Shown in pieces: positions 42,938-60,932 of a stretch of 64,000 nt of DNA. The stretch is from the human T2T-CHM13v2.0 reference genome, Homo sapiens. Positions within the stretch are counted from its first letter, which is position 1; every line of letters starts with the position of its first letter. A program made the position numbers and the translations under genes. The stretch is from the NCBI RefSeq assembly GCF_009914755.1, contig NC_060934.1; one strand, 5' to 3'. The notes beneath the pieces were generated by a model that saw only the letters and a program-made list of their open reading frames with translations, did not search any database and was not told the origin of the DNA.

Positions 42938-43232
42938 GGCCGGGCGTGGTGGCTCACACCTGTAATCCCAGCACTTCAGGAGGCCGAGACAGGTGGATTG
43001 CCTGAGGTCAGGAGTTTAAGACCAGCCTGGTGGTGAAACCCCATCTCTACTAAAAATACAAAAATGAGCCAGGCGTGGTGGTGCACACCTGTGATCCCAG
43101 CTACTCAGAAGGCTGAAGCTGGAGGATCACGTGAACCCGGGAGGTGGAGGTTGCGGTGAGCCGAGGCCATGCCATTGTACCCCAGCCTGGGCAACAGAGT
43201 GAGATTCCATCTCAAAATAAAACAAAACAAAA
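42938..43232 (+). mobile_element. AluS element inserted into a MIR, with a 15-bp TSD
   Basis: TSD CAAATAGAGTCACTT at 42922-42936 and 43233-43247. Confidence 0.95.
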
Positions 43233-43683
43233 CAAATAGAGTCACTTGGTACTCAGAGCCCGTGTCCAGTTGCTGCTAAGCCTGTGGGTATTTTTGATAC
43301 CTGCTATAGCCCCCAATATTCTCAGCCCTATCCTAGATATTTTACCCCCATACGTTCAATTATCTTCATCTAATTTCTAGTTCTTGATATTGATCTCATA
43401 TTGATCAGTTCCATTAATGAATTTATGATATCTAATGTCAACTTGATCTTCAATGTGACCCTTCAATTCTCCCGCTTATTCCAAGGCCATGCCTACTCTC
43501 AGGCTTCTGAGCTTCACCTCCCCAAATTCCCTACCATCTTTAAGATTCCTGCCCTGACTCATCCCACAAATCCTTGTCATAGACGCTTTCAGAATATGGC
43601 CAATGTACCCAGTCATTACTTCTTAAGGTCTTTAACTCACTATTGATGTTCTCAACATCTCAGACTATTCGAGATTCCCATAA

Positions 43684-44071
<388 letters not shown>

Positions 44072-44651
44072 TCCTCATTTTCTTTATGCTCTTGCTGGTA
44101 TCCTGTTCACCTTCCGAGGCCCATTTCAAGTGCTACACACTTTATATTACACCTTGCTAATTTCATACAGGTCCTTCATTTCACTGATAGCCCACTAAAG
44201 TACTCTCCCTTTTTGCTATAATATAATAAAATTTGCTCACACACAAGTATAATCATTACATGTTTTCCTTGCCTTTTATCTGTGAGCTCCTTAAATCATG
44301 TATTCTTATGTTCCCATGTGACACCCAGCTCTATTGGCACATAAAAGACACTTAATATTAATTGGATTTGAATGAAAATTTGACCTTAATGTGGATTGTA
44401 TCTGTGCAGGTTTCATTATGTGTCCTCACCTGCGCTAAGGAGTATTAAAATGTATTGAGCAAGTTAAATATGCCTTGTTCGAATTTGTGTAAAACAAGCA
44501 TAAATTTAAGTTGTGTTTCTATTATTTTAACATTTTACCAGCAAATAGAAGGGTGCCTAATGTAGACCTGATGCGCCATATATGAGTTGAGTAAGTAAGA
44601 AAAAAATAAATTTATCATGTTGGGATTCTAATCTTTAGTTAATAAGCCATT

Positions 44652-44830
44652 TTTTAATTTTAATTTTTATTTCAAGTTCTGGTGTACATGTGCAGGATGT
44701 GAAGGTTTGTTACATAGATAAATGTGTGCCATGGTAGTTTGCTGTACCTATCAACCCATCACGTATGTATTAAGCCCATCATATATTAGCTATTTTTCCT
44801 AACTCTCTCCCTCCCCTGACCCCATGAACA
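44652..44830 (-). mobile_element. Short 5'-truncated L1PA 3' end
   Basis: GTACATGTGCAGGATGTG...TTTGTTACATAG...TATTAAGCCC. Confidence 0.85.
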
Positions 44831-46149
44831 GTAAACCAATTTTTATCCCACTTAATTCCCATCCTGCATGAATTGATGGCTAGACTTCTCTCTTCTGTTA
44901 TAGACTTAATTCTTCATTTAATGCTTTGTTGTTTTAGCGTAAGGTTCATTTTTTAGGTTTATACTTCTTTTTTTTCAGTATATCTTTCTAATTCATTAGT
45001 ATAGTTTGAGAGTAAAAGTTTGGGTATTTTGACTTGTCTATTGTTAAGGAAATTCAAAATAGCTTTTCTATTTTGGAGAATCCAGCAATTTATTCAAGCA
45101 GAAAATTATCCGATTCCCTTATATGTATACAGTATAGACTTTTATGAGTAGTAACATATTTCTATATTTTATTTTTATGTACTGTTAGATAGTATTGGTT
45201 TTCAGAAAATTTCACGCTGAACATTTTGCTTTTAGCACTCCTCAAAAGACTTTTATTCATTTATACCCAATGTATGCAAGTGTTCTCTGGGAAGAGAAAT
45301 TGGTAGAAGAATCTTGGCTTGGAATTTGTTGTTCCTTTATACACAGTTGCTGTTTCACATGCATACATTTGTTTTATTTTCTCTCTCATTATTCCCCACC
45401 CCTCAGGGAAGACAAGTGAGCTGAGTTATGTCCAATATTTTTGCCATAAAGTACTGTTCTTCTGTTTGCATTGAATGGTTATCAACCTTCATGAACGACA
45501 ATGTGCCACGGGACAGATACAATCATTCATAACTGACACGTTGCTTTTGACCTTGCTGCCTTTACTTATTACTCCTCCTGTCAGGTGCTTCCTAAGGCCT
45601 TTTCATTTTTTATTTTTTTCCCAGTGTTCTTCTGTGTTCTACCATATGAATTTTTTTTTCTCCTTCAGGAACCAAATATAGTGTGAAAGACAGTGAAAAT
45701 CAGCCATCAACCACTAAGTGGGAAATCATCTTGAATGTCATGGATTGGGGTTTTAATTAGGTTAGTGAGCCTTTTCTATACAGAGAGTATAGTAAGGACC
45801 TGGCATGAGTCATTCTGAATATAACTTTGTCAGAGCAATGAGCAACATTGGCTATTGTCTGTTACAGACAATGCTTACTCTTTTTTGTGTTACGTAAGAT
45901 TGAGAACAATGATAGTATGCCTCAGGAAAATCACCTATGTAAATGAAACAATTCACTGTTTAGGAAAAACACCCTTTGGTGAATTTTGAAATGTTTATTT
46001 TACATTTGTGCAATTTAGTTATGCAATTTAAACTAATTAAGATTATTTTTTACCTATATCAGAGAAAGAATCTGAAATCTATTAGTTGGATAGGGAAGTT
46101 TTGAGTCAACTTTTAGCCAGTGGTTACAGTTCCATGAAATGCCTTAATT

Positions 46150-46330
46150 CATTCAGTTGAAATTAATTGATTAAATAAACACTTATTTAGTGCCTTCACA
46201 ATGCTCTGTTTTAGGCATGGGAAATCCAGAAATGAATGAAGTGGAGAAAGGGCTTGTCCTCATGAATCTTAAATTGTGATAGGAAGACAGACAATGAACA
46301 AATATGATTTTGATAAGAGAAGTGAAAGGT
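46150..46330 (-). mobile_element. L2 3' end
   Basis: AATAAACACTTATTTAGTGCC...TTAGGCATGGG. Confidence 0.65.
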
Positions 46331-46689
46331 GCTATAAAAAAGCAAGTTGATTCAACATGAATAAGAATGGAGCCCATTTTGAAAGTTCTGAAAAGGCTTC
46401 TCCAAAGTGATATTTGAAGAGAAAAAGCCAATCACTAAATATTGCTTTTCTGCAATTCCAATGATTGCATTCCTGATATGTTTTCTCTTTCTCCCCCAAA
46501 CTTGCAATATCCAAAGGCTACTGTGAACATTTCAAAGAGGAAACTGAATAACTTTGGATGCTTTATAATAAACACATTTTAAAATTACATTCTTTACATT
46601 CCATGCACACTCATTATCTCTTACGTAATACACTTGTAATGCGTCTGCACACATATATGTATATATAGATACAGCTATTCCACTTGCAG

Positions 46690-47130
46690 TTATTTATTGA
46701 ACACTTACTATGTGCAGGGCACTGTGTTAGGTACTCCTTATCAGATTTTGCCTATCATTATATTATTTTTATCTCATCAAAGAGACAGATATTTATCAGG
46801 TTATCATACCAGGGAAAACTGTATATAAGTGTAGTAAGTGCTAAGAAGGAGAAGTATATCCTGCTCGCAGAGTGTATGGCAGGGAGGCATGCCTTTGTTG
46901 AGGGGGTCAGTGAAGGCTCCCATGAGGACGTGATTCCGCTGAAATGTGTAGAAATCAAGGAGGTTGAAATGGGGAAAGACAAAGAGTATTTCCTGTAAAT
47001 GTCCTGAGATGGGAGGGATCTTGGGTAATTGGAAGACTCTTTGAAAGGGAATCTGTGACTGGAGCAGGAGTGAGGAGAAGCATGACAGGAAATGAAGTTG
47101 GGCAGAGGGCCTCTGAGCCCTTCTAACATG
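46690..47130 (-). mobile_element. L2 fragment
   Basis: TATTTATTGAACACTTACTATGTGC...GGCACTGTGTTAGG and GTCAGTGAAGGC...GAGGACGTGA. Confidence 0.65.
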
Positions 47131-47527
47131 ACAGCCTCTTAGTGTCATATTTTGGTATCAATTTCATAAGATCACTTGATAAGTCAAATTTTGGTCAACA
47201 GTCATGTCAGTTAGATGGCTTATTGGACATGCTTTAGGACACTGTGAAAAGTTTTTAACTCCATTAACTATATTGAAGATCTAGAGGCAGCTGTCAGATG
47301 TTGCTTTATTAACTTCCAATCATGAGCATAGCAGAAAATGATCATTTGAACATGGAGAAAAAAAAATGAACACCTGTGTGGAGAATACAAAGGCTCAGTG
47401 AGAGTCATGCATGGGAACTGTGACCACTGTGTAGACAGACAGGGGCAAATAATGGCCAGGGTGAGAATGTGTTTTCTATGTCCATAGGAAGACCCTTGAA
47501 GGACCTTTGCCAGCAGTTATATGGCAA

Positions 47528-47559
47528 ACACACACACACACACACGCGCACACACACAC
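47528..47559. repeat. (CA)n microsatellite with a CGCG interruption
   Basis: Directly visible. Confidence 0.9.
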
Positions 47560-48859
47560 AGGGATATTTATATCATATTTATGTGTTTGTGGGAATGAAA
47601 GAGAAACTACACTGTCTATCATATATAATATAAATGAGTTTATGGTTCTGTAATTGGAAACCCTGGAAAACAGAGAAAGACTGGTATGGTAAAAACGAAA
47701 ATGATTACTAAGTATGCTTTCTACCTCTTCAGCTCCTTTGATCTTCATAATTTGCATTAAAATTCCTCCTTCACCTTTGAGTCACATATTGGCCCAAATC
47801 TTCAAAGAAAAATGTCAGTAAATAAATATTTCAGATTTAAAGAACACTATTCTAGCAAAGAATGGGAGGACATTCTGTCTGTTTAAAACGATTTTATAAA
47901 ATGTATGTCTAAAATTACACATATCTATCCAATGTGTATATTGATCTAACCTTCATAATTATTCTCTCAGGGAAGAAAATTTTCTGTAAATGCAAGAGCC
48001 ACTGACACAGGTATTTCTCCAAGAATAATAGCTGTTTGCAAGATATTTCTGTAGATGAGATTTTATGTAAATTTAAAATAGTCTACAATGATTTCATTTT
48101 ATTTTAAAAAATTCAAAATATAATTAACATATATATAAACTTTAAACATTTCGAAATGTTTGCAGTTTAAAGAATATAACTTTTCTATTACTCAATTTTT
48201 TCCAAATTTTAATATTTTACATGATTTAAAGAATTATATATATTAATCTAGATTCACATATTATTCTACATTCAAGCCACTCCTTTGCATTTTTTTAAAG
48301 ATATTTAAAAATATTTTATTGTAACTATGGAGGATTTTAATACCAGAAAACCATCTACGTAGCTTGAAATATTTTTATGTTCTAGTCTTTTTCTGAGGCA
48401 AAAGATAAATCTGGGTCTTCATGGCAGTGATTAGGGCCACACATGTATAAAATGATATTTCTTTTGTTGTTGATTAGATTCAAAAGGATTCCTATATGGT
48501 CCTGAATCTTTTTATTTATTATTTGCATGGTCTGCCTTAAACATAGCTTAAGGTTTAATTGATAAAATATGAAAAAAATTAACAACAAAATAATTATTGG
48601 ACATACCAGACACAAAAAGAAAGTTTTATTTAATTAAAATATTGAAAGCTATGCTCTATTATATTAAAAATGAATAAAGGTCAGACAGTTCTTACAGTTA
48701 TTAATTGTTCTGACTTTGTCAGATGCAATTTGATAAATTCTCATTACATGTGGGAATTATACAAAAATATACATAATATATTTTATAATATATATTTTAT
48801 TTTATAATATCCTATTTATATAGAGAGAGAGCAGCTTTGCAGCTTTTACAAATTTATTT

Positions 48860-50670
48860 AATTAACTGCCTTATTTTAGAACAGTTTCAGATTGAGGTAA
48901 TTATTGCAAAGATAGTACAGGGAGTTCCTGTATACCTCACACTCATTTTCCCCTGTTATTAACATCTTACATTAGAATAGTACATTTGTCACAATTAATG
49001 AACCAATATTGTCCGCTGTTAGTAACTGAGTCCATACCTTATCCAGATTTCCTTGGTTTTAGACTAATGTCATTTTCTGTTGTAGTACTCAGGCCTTCCT
49101 AGCCTCCTGCTGGTTGTGACAGTTTCCCAGTCTTTTCCTGTTTTTGGTGATCATGAGAGTTTTAAGGCATACTGATCAGGTATTTTTTAGAATGCCCATT
49201 AATTGGTATTTAATCTGATGCTTTTTTTAAAATGAATAGATTGGGGTAATATGTTGGAGAATAAGACCACAGAAGTCCCATTGTTATCACATCATGTCAA
49301 GAGTCCGTAGTATCAAAATGCAAGGTCATGGTTGATAGTAACTTTAATCACCAGACTTGATAAAGTTGTCAAGTTCCTTCCCATATCCCTGGAAAGTTGC
49401 TGTCCCTTATTTCCTTACTGTGCTTTTCAGAAGAAATCCACTGTGTGCAGCCCACGCTCAAGGAGTGAGAAATCATGGTCCACCTCCGTAAGGGTGGAGT
49501 ATCTATGTAAATCATTTAGAATTCTTTAGCATGGGATATTTATCTATTCTCCCATTTATTTCTTTATTCAACCATTTATTTATATTAGTATGGGCTCATT
49601 CATATTTATCTTGTAATGTGGGTTATAATTCAATAGTACTCTATTTGTTTTGTTGCTCAAGTTGTTCCAGCTTTGGGCACAGCTCTCAGCACCTGTATCA
49701 CCTGATGTATCCCCGTTATTGTGGGAATTTATTTGTTTAACCACTTTCTGACTTCAGCCCTACAAGATGTCCCAGGCTCTAGTAGATTGCAAGACCAAGT
49801 CCTAGAATCAGCCATTTCTCCAAAGACCACTGGTGCTTTTATTGGAGAATAATACTAGAAGCGACAACTGAGCACTGTGTTGCTTGCTGGGCTTCTCAGC
49901 TGACAGAGCTAAGAGACCTGAGTCTATGTAGAGATCCGTGAATATACACATATCTATAAATATTTGTATATGCAATCATCTGTATCTAAATTGATCTAAA
50001 TACAATTTTATATTATTTCCAACTACAGTCTATTACCACAGGGATCATTCCAGTCTTCTCCATTAGCTTAACTGTAATCTTTCACTCCAACAGTGAGAAA
50101 CCTGGTTTCTATATAACATTCCATTAAAATGGTTCCATCCCCTAACCATTTAATTAGTCATTTAATTTTTGTAGACATGGATAGTGCTTTCAGAATTGTA
50201 GACCTATAACCCTGTAGAAAACAGCTTTAGTAACCAGAGTACAGTGCTTACGTGCAGTTCCTTTTCCCTTTAGTTTTACAGACTCCATCTCATTTCCCCA
50301 TTTTCCTAGGTCAATATCTTATTTCCACTCATCCGTCTATGAGGTTTTTTCATACATTTGTAATACATTTGCATTGATTGGTCAGATTCTGCATTTCTTC
50401 CTGGCATACTTCAAAACTCCTAAATGATCTTTTTAAATGGCTTACTTTTAATGGCATAACATGCTGTTAAGTTGTATGAGTTTTGACAAATGCTTAGTAT
50501 CTTGAGCTTAGCATTACAGTATTATACAGAAAAGTGTCACTGCTCTAAAGAAATCCCCTGTTGCTCACCTATTCAGTTATCTTCCCATACTCCTGGACCA
50601 CTGACAATCACTGATAGCTTTATCATCTCTATACTTTTGGGTTTTCTAGAATATTATGACAATTACATTT
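48860..50670 (-). mobile_element. L1MC/L1MD long 3' UTR
   Basis: GCAAAGATAGTACAGGGAGTTCC...TTGTCACAATTAATGAACCAATATTG and CCTAGAATCAGCCATTTCTCCAAAG. Confidence 0.8.
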
Positions 50671-51684
50671 AGGAGGAGTATTTGAGGGGGAATATAATGA
50701 TTCTTCAAACACTGAAAGTGCAACGAATATTAGCAAAACGAGTGTGATTTTTTTTGTAGACAGGATTCTGTAGCAGAAGAAAATGACAAACACTCCAAAA
50801 GGACAAGGCCACAATACAGAGCTTAAATCTTTGTAGTTAACAGATAAATGATATGATGGCTTGGGTATTGGTCCTAAGATCACCTGTTTTGTCTCTTTGT
50901 TCTTCGTTTTATTTTGTTTCTTCTTTTTATTTATTTATGTTTTCTTTGTTTTTGTTTGTTTGTTCCACTGCTTTGTATATTTAATGTTTCAGTTGCGAGG
51001 GCCCTGACACTGATATGATTTTCTTTCTTTGTAAGTAAATAACTTCCAATTTCTGGAAGCTTGTGACATTTTCTCTTAAACTTGGAGTTTAGAAATGTCA
51101 CCAGGACGTGTTTCAATCTTAACATTTTGAATTGTTCTTCAGCCCAGAAATTGTCTTTTATTATTATTATTTTTTTTTGTTATTGTTTCTCCTCAATCTG
51201 TTTCTCTCTGGAACTCACCTTTGGATCTAGATTTCCTGAATCCATTCACATTGCTTGTCTTTTCACTCACAATATTCATTTTTTGCATTTTGCTTACTAG
51301 TGTTAATAATAAATATTATTTGAATATAACATCAACAACTAATGTTATATACTAATGCTAGCTGCTGATAAGGGCTGAGCTTAATTTTAGACCTGGCAGT
51401 CTACCTTCAGAGCCTAGAGGCCCATCGATACAGTAATACATGCTGTATTTTGAGATAACCTCACTTATTTCAGATCACATATTTGGCTTCTAGAAATCTC
51501 AATTCTATTATTCATTTAAGCTTTTTTTCTGAAATAATTTTGTCTTAATAGACCCAGTTCTTTACATCCTCAAATTGCCCCATTCCAAGTCCTTCCTTAC
51601 AATTTTTGGTAGTTTCTTTTTGAGAACGTGTCTTTCTCTGCTATTAAATATGCCTTGGTAGAAGTCCCTGCCATGAGTTTTAGA

Positions 51685-52400
51685 TTTTTTTATTTTAAAT
51701 TGTGGTAAAGTCTATTCAAGAGCTCTTTTCATCTTGCAAAACTGAAATTCTGTACCCATTACACTCTAACTCTTCTTTCTTCCCTCCCCCAACCCTTAAA
51801 AACCACCATTTCACTTTCTGTCTCTGTGTTTCTTTTTTTTCTCTAGGTGTCTTATATAAGTGGAATCATGGAGTATTTGTCTTTTCGTCACTACCCTACT
51901 CTGCACAATAGAAATATAAATATGTCCTCAAATATAAAAATGTCCTCAAAGTACACACATGTTGTAACATGTGTCAGAATTGGCTTTTTAAGGCTGAATA
52001 ATATTCCATTTTATGTATATACCACATTACATAATGGATTATATGTACCACATATCCATTCATTCATGGATACACATGTAGATTGCTTCCATATTTTGCT
52101 ATTGCAAATAATGTTGTTATTAACATGGGCTTACAACTATATCTCTTCAAGTCTCTGCCTTCAGTTACTTACCCAGAAACGTAATTGATGGATCACATAG
52201 TAATTCCATTTTTAGTTTCCTATAGAACCTCCATACTGTTTTCTACAGTGACTGTACCATTGTACATTCTTACCAACGTGCACAAGAGTTCCTATTTCTT
52301 TGCCTCTTCACCAACACTTGATATTTTGTTTTATAGTAGCCATGTCAGTGGGTGTGAAATAGACTTGGTGTGATTTTGATGGTTTACTTTAGTGTTCATA
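51685..52400 (-). mobile_element. L1MB-type 3' fragment
   Basis: TTTTCATCTTGCAAAACTGAAATTCTGTACCCATT and ATATAAGTGGAATCAT. Confidence 0.85.
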
Positions 52401-52867
52401 CAAGCTATTGGGTTCTCTTGAGTAGTGAGTGACTTTTTTTCTTGTGCCCACCAGACCCCACAGCTCAGACAGACAAGCCTTCTTTGTAGACTGCAGTGTG
52501 AATAATGTTCAGTAAAAATGTTTTCCACAGGATCTATCCCAGGCTCTTCTGAACTCAGTGCCTGTAGCATGGGTACCGTTCATCCAAGATTCACTGGCAA
52601 CCGATGCTTTTTCTTGAATCCGCTGGCTGTTTACTATCATAGATATGTGTCTCCATCAGGGAACTAGGAGCATGATGAGGTCATAGATATGTTTACAAGA
52701 TGCTAATTTCCTCAAAATTCTCACAGATTATACTTGAAAACTACCAATCTGTTGCATTTTAATTTGTAATTGTTTTTAAAAATTATAATTTTAATTAAAA
52801 TTTAATTTAAAAATTACATAAAACAGCCATTATTATGTTCATTGTTAAACATTGTTCTGAAAGATTA

Positions 52868-53198
<331 letters not shown>

Positions 53199-54212
53199 GG
53201 GGGGGATAAATATTAGCAAGGAGTAAATAAAACCGATGCAGTAACAATATAATTAAAAGTCAAAGTATTTAGAGTGCAGTACATTAGCTATACAACTATA
53301 CTAATTAGCTGAAAATATAGTTTTATTTCTTTATTTTAATGTATTTAGTGTGTGTATATATAGATATAAATAATAAGTATATAATATGTGGACTATTGTT
53401 TTGAATGTGTCATATTTTTCACTTTGTATTGTATGTATTTTATTTTACCTTTTATCCCCCTTCCCCACTCCATTTCCCTTTTACTCCATAGGCAACCTTT
53501 CTAATGTATATTCTTTGGTCGTATACATTTTATAATACGTGTGCTATTACTTCGAATGTGTCAAAACTTACATTTTGTTTATTACATTTTCCCCTTCTTT
53601 CTATGTCTTAAAGATCCATCTTGGCTTTGATGTATACATCCAGTCCATTGCTTCTCCCTGCTGCAAAACATTTCCTGGGGCATACTCATCACACTTTAGG
53701 TGTCCATCTTACCACTGTCTGATTGCCAACAAGCCTGAGCATCTCCCTTTATGCTTGTTGAGCTGTTGTCTCCTGTAAATTGTTTAAAAAGATCTCTTTC
53801 ACATTTTTCTGTTTTTCTGTCATTTTCGCATTGACTTCGGGAGAGTTCTGTTTATATACTAGTTTTTAGTCCATAGTCTACTTATGTTTCAATTTGTATT
53901 ATGGTAAAGCTTATTGCTATTCTGTTTCATATTTTTTCAAGTTTTGCATTTTATTTTTGTTCTTATGAGGGTTTTTATCTATAGCTTAAAACCCATTCTT
54001 TTTTTTTATATTACACTTTAAGTTCTAGGGTACATGTGCACAACATACAGGTGTGTTACATATGTATACATGTGTCATGTTGGTGTGCTGCACTCATTAA
54101 CTCATCATTTACATTAGGTATTTCTCCTAATACTATCCCTCCCCCCGCAACAACCCCACAACAGGACCCGATGTGTGATGTTCCCCACCCTGTGTCCAAG
54201 TGTTCTCATTGT

Positions 54213-58000
<3,788 letters not shown>

Positions 58001-58063
58001 TATGATGTTAGCTGGTTATTTTGCTCGTTAGTTGATGCAGTTTCTTCCTAGCATCGATGGTCT

Positions 58064-59086
58064 TTACAATTTGGCATGTTTTTGCAGTGCCTGGTACCAG
58101 TCGTTCTTTCCATGTTTATTGCTTCCTTCAGGAGCTATTGTAAGGCAGGCTTGGTGGTGACAAAATCTCTCCGCATTTGCTTGTCTGTAAAGGATTTTAT
58201 TTCTCTTTCACTTATGAAGCTTAGTTTGGCTGGATATGAAATTCTGGGTTGAAAATTCTTTTCTTTAAGAATGTTGAATATTGGCCCCCACTCTCTTCTG
58301 GCTTGTAGACTTTCTGTGGAAAGATCCATTGTTAATCTGATGGGCATCCCTTTCGTGGGTAACCCAACCTTTCTCTCTGGCTGCCCTTAACATTTTTTCC
58401 TTCATTTCAACTTTGGTGTATCTGACAATTATGTGTCTTGGAGTTGCTCTTCTCAAGGAGTATCTTTGTGGCATTCTCTGTATCTCCTGAATTTGAATGT
58501 TGGCCTGCCTTGCTAGGTTGGGGAAGTTCTGGATAATATCCTGCAGAGTATTTTCCAACTTGGTTCCATTCTCCCCGTCACTTTCAGGTACACCAATCAG
58601 ATGTAGATTTGGTCTTTTCACATAGTCCCATATTTCTTGGAGGCTTTGTTCATTTCTTTTTACTCTTTTTTCTCTAACCTTGTTTTCTTGCTTCATTGCA
58701 TTCATTTGATCTTCAGTCACTGATACCCTTTCTTCCAGTTGATTGAATCGGCTACTGAAGCTTGTGCATGTATCACATAGCTCTCGTGCCATGATTTTCA
58801 GCTCCACCAGGTCATTTAAGGTCTTATCTATGCTGTTTTTTCTAGTTAGCCTTTCATCTAATCTTTTTTCAAGGTTTTTAGCTTCTTTGCAATGCGTTCG
58901 AACATCCTCCTTTAGCCCGGAGAAGTTTGTTGTTACCAATCGTCTGAAGCTTGCTTCTGTCAATTTGTCAAAGTTATTCTCCATCCACCTTTGTTCCGTT
59001 GCTGACTAGGAGCTGCGTTCCTTTGGAGGAGAAGAGGCACTCTGATTTTTAGAATTTTCAGCTTTTCTTCTCTGGTTTCTCCCCAT
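58064..59086 (-). pseudogene. L1 ORF1 (disrupted)
   Basis: ATGGGGAGAAACCAG start at 59086, a premature TAG near 59007, and a frameshift between ORF pieces 58265-58984 and 58135-58347 (NEQSLQEIWDYVKRPNL; ARREWGPIF). Confidence 0.92.
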
Positions 59087-60692
59087 CTTTGTGGTTTTAT
59101 CTACCTTTGGTCTTTGATGATGGTGACATACAGATGGGGTTTTGGTGTGGATGTCCTTTCTGTTTGTTAGTTTTCCTTCTAACAGTCAGGACCCTCAGCT
59201 GCAGGTTTGCTGGAGGTCTACTCCAGACCCTGTTTACCTGGGTATCACCAGTGGAGGCTGCAGAACAGCAAATATTGCAGAATGGCAAATGGTGCTGCCT
59301 GATCGTTCCTCTGGAATCTTTGTCTCAGAGGGGCACCCAGCTGTGTGAGGTGTCACCCTACTGGGAGGTGTCTCCCACTTAGGCTACTTGGGCTCAGAGA
59401 CCCACTTGAGGAGGCAGTCTGTCTGTTCTCAGATCTCAAACTCCGTGCTGGGAGAACCACTACTGTCTTCAAAGCTGTCAGACAGGGACGTTTAAGTCTG
59501 CAAAAGTTTCTTCTGCCTTTTGTTCAGCTATGCCCTGCCCCTAGAGGTGGAGTCTACAGAGGCAGGTAGGCCTCCTTGAGCTGTGGTGGGCTCCACCCAG
59601 ATTGAGCTTCCTGGTCGCTTTGTTTACCTACTCAAGCCTCAGCGGTGGTGGATGCCCCTCCTTCAGCCTCTCAGTTCAATCTCAGACTGCTGTGCTAGCC
59701 ATGAGTGAGGCTCTGTGGGCGTGGGACTCTCCGAGCCAGGCGTGGGATATAATTTCCTGGTGTGCCATTTGCTAAGACCATTGGAAAAGTGCAGTATTAG
59801 CGTGGGAGTGTCCTGATTTTCCATGTACCATCTGTCATGGCTTCCCTTGGCTAGGAAATGGAATTCCCCAGTCGCTTGTGGTTCCCGTGTGAGGTGATGC
59901 CCCACCCTGCTTCAGCTCACACTCTGTGGGCTGCACCCACTGTCCAACAAGCCCCAGTGAGTTGAACCCAGTACCTCAGTTGGAAATGCAGAAAAATACA
60001 TTCTTGTATTTATTTACCCTTATTAAATACTAAAAACTCTAGAAATAGATAAAGATGTCAATTGGAAAAAAGAGAGGTATTATTTAAATGGTTTAAAAAA
60101 ATGGCTAGTTATTTGGGAAAAAGTTGTATATTCACTTCAAACATATGAAATGGAACTTCCAAGGAGATCTGTCTATTAATATGTTTGTACAATTTGAAGT
60201 GGTTCTGTCTTTGTAGTGTTTCTTATTGCCTTTCTTTGCACAGCCCATAAAGGAAAGACTGGCATAAAGTATGAAGACAAACACACTATAAAATAAATAT
60301 GCAATTTGCAAGACAAAAGTTCCATGCATATACTATATGTGAGGAATCAATTCAAAATTTGGAAAAAGGTTAAATTATGAGAAGAAAATAATTCTTCAAT
60401 ATCTCTAACCATTTTTGTATTAGTGTCTATTTTTTACTCTTATTAATGTGGTTAATCACTTTTCACATGCTTATTTCCTCTGGGTATTGAGATTAAAATC
60501 TGTATATATACAAGGGAAAAGTCCCTCAGCAGTGGCAAAATTATGAGTTGGGAGTGAGCAGTTTTTCACTTTCACAATTTAGAATGAATTTAAATCAGGA
60601 TATTAAGTAAATAGGTGAAGTAACGACATATGTGGAATAAAAATTTGGGAATTGACTACATAATCACTTTTTAAAAAGTTTCTCTGTTAGGA

Positions 60693-60717
60693 ACACACAC
60701 ACACACACACATACACA

Positions 60718-60748
<31 letters not shown>
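60693..60748. repeat. Long interrupted (CA)n microsatellite
   Basis: Directly visible. Confidence 0.95.
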
Positions 60749-60752
<4 letters not shown>

Positions 60753-60829
60753 CATGAGCAAGAGTGAGAGTGCTTTTACAGTAGTTTATTTTTATGACTT
60801 TTTCTCCTGTATTAAATTAGTACGTCTCC

Positions 60830-60932
60830 AGGTAGGCTCCATGTCTTTTCACCTTTTTGTCCCTGGCATCTAACATAGTACCTGGCACTGTGTGAGCACA
60901 GAAAGTTTGCTGAATAAAGGAATGAATGAATG
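60830..60932 (+). mobile_element. L2 3' end
   Basis: CATAGTACCTGGCAC...GCTGAATAAAGGAATGAATGAAT. Confidence 0.75.
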
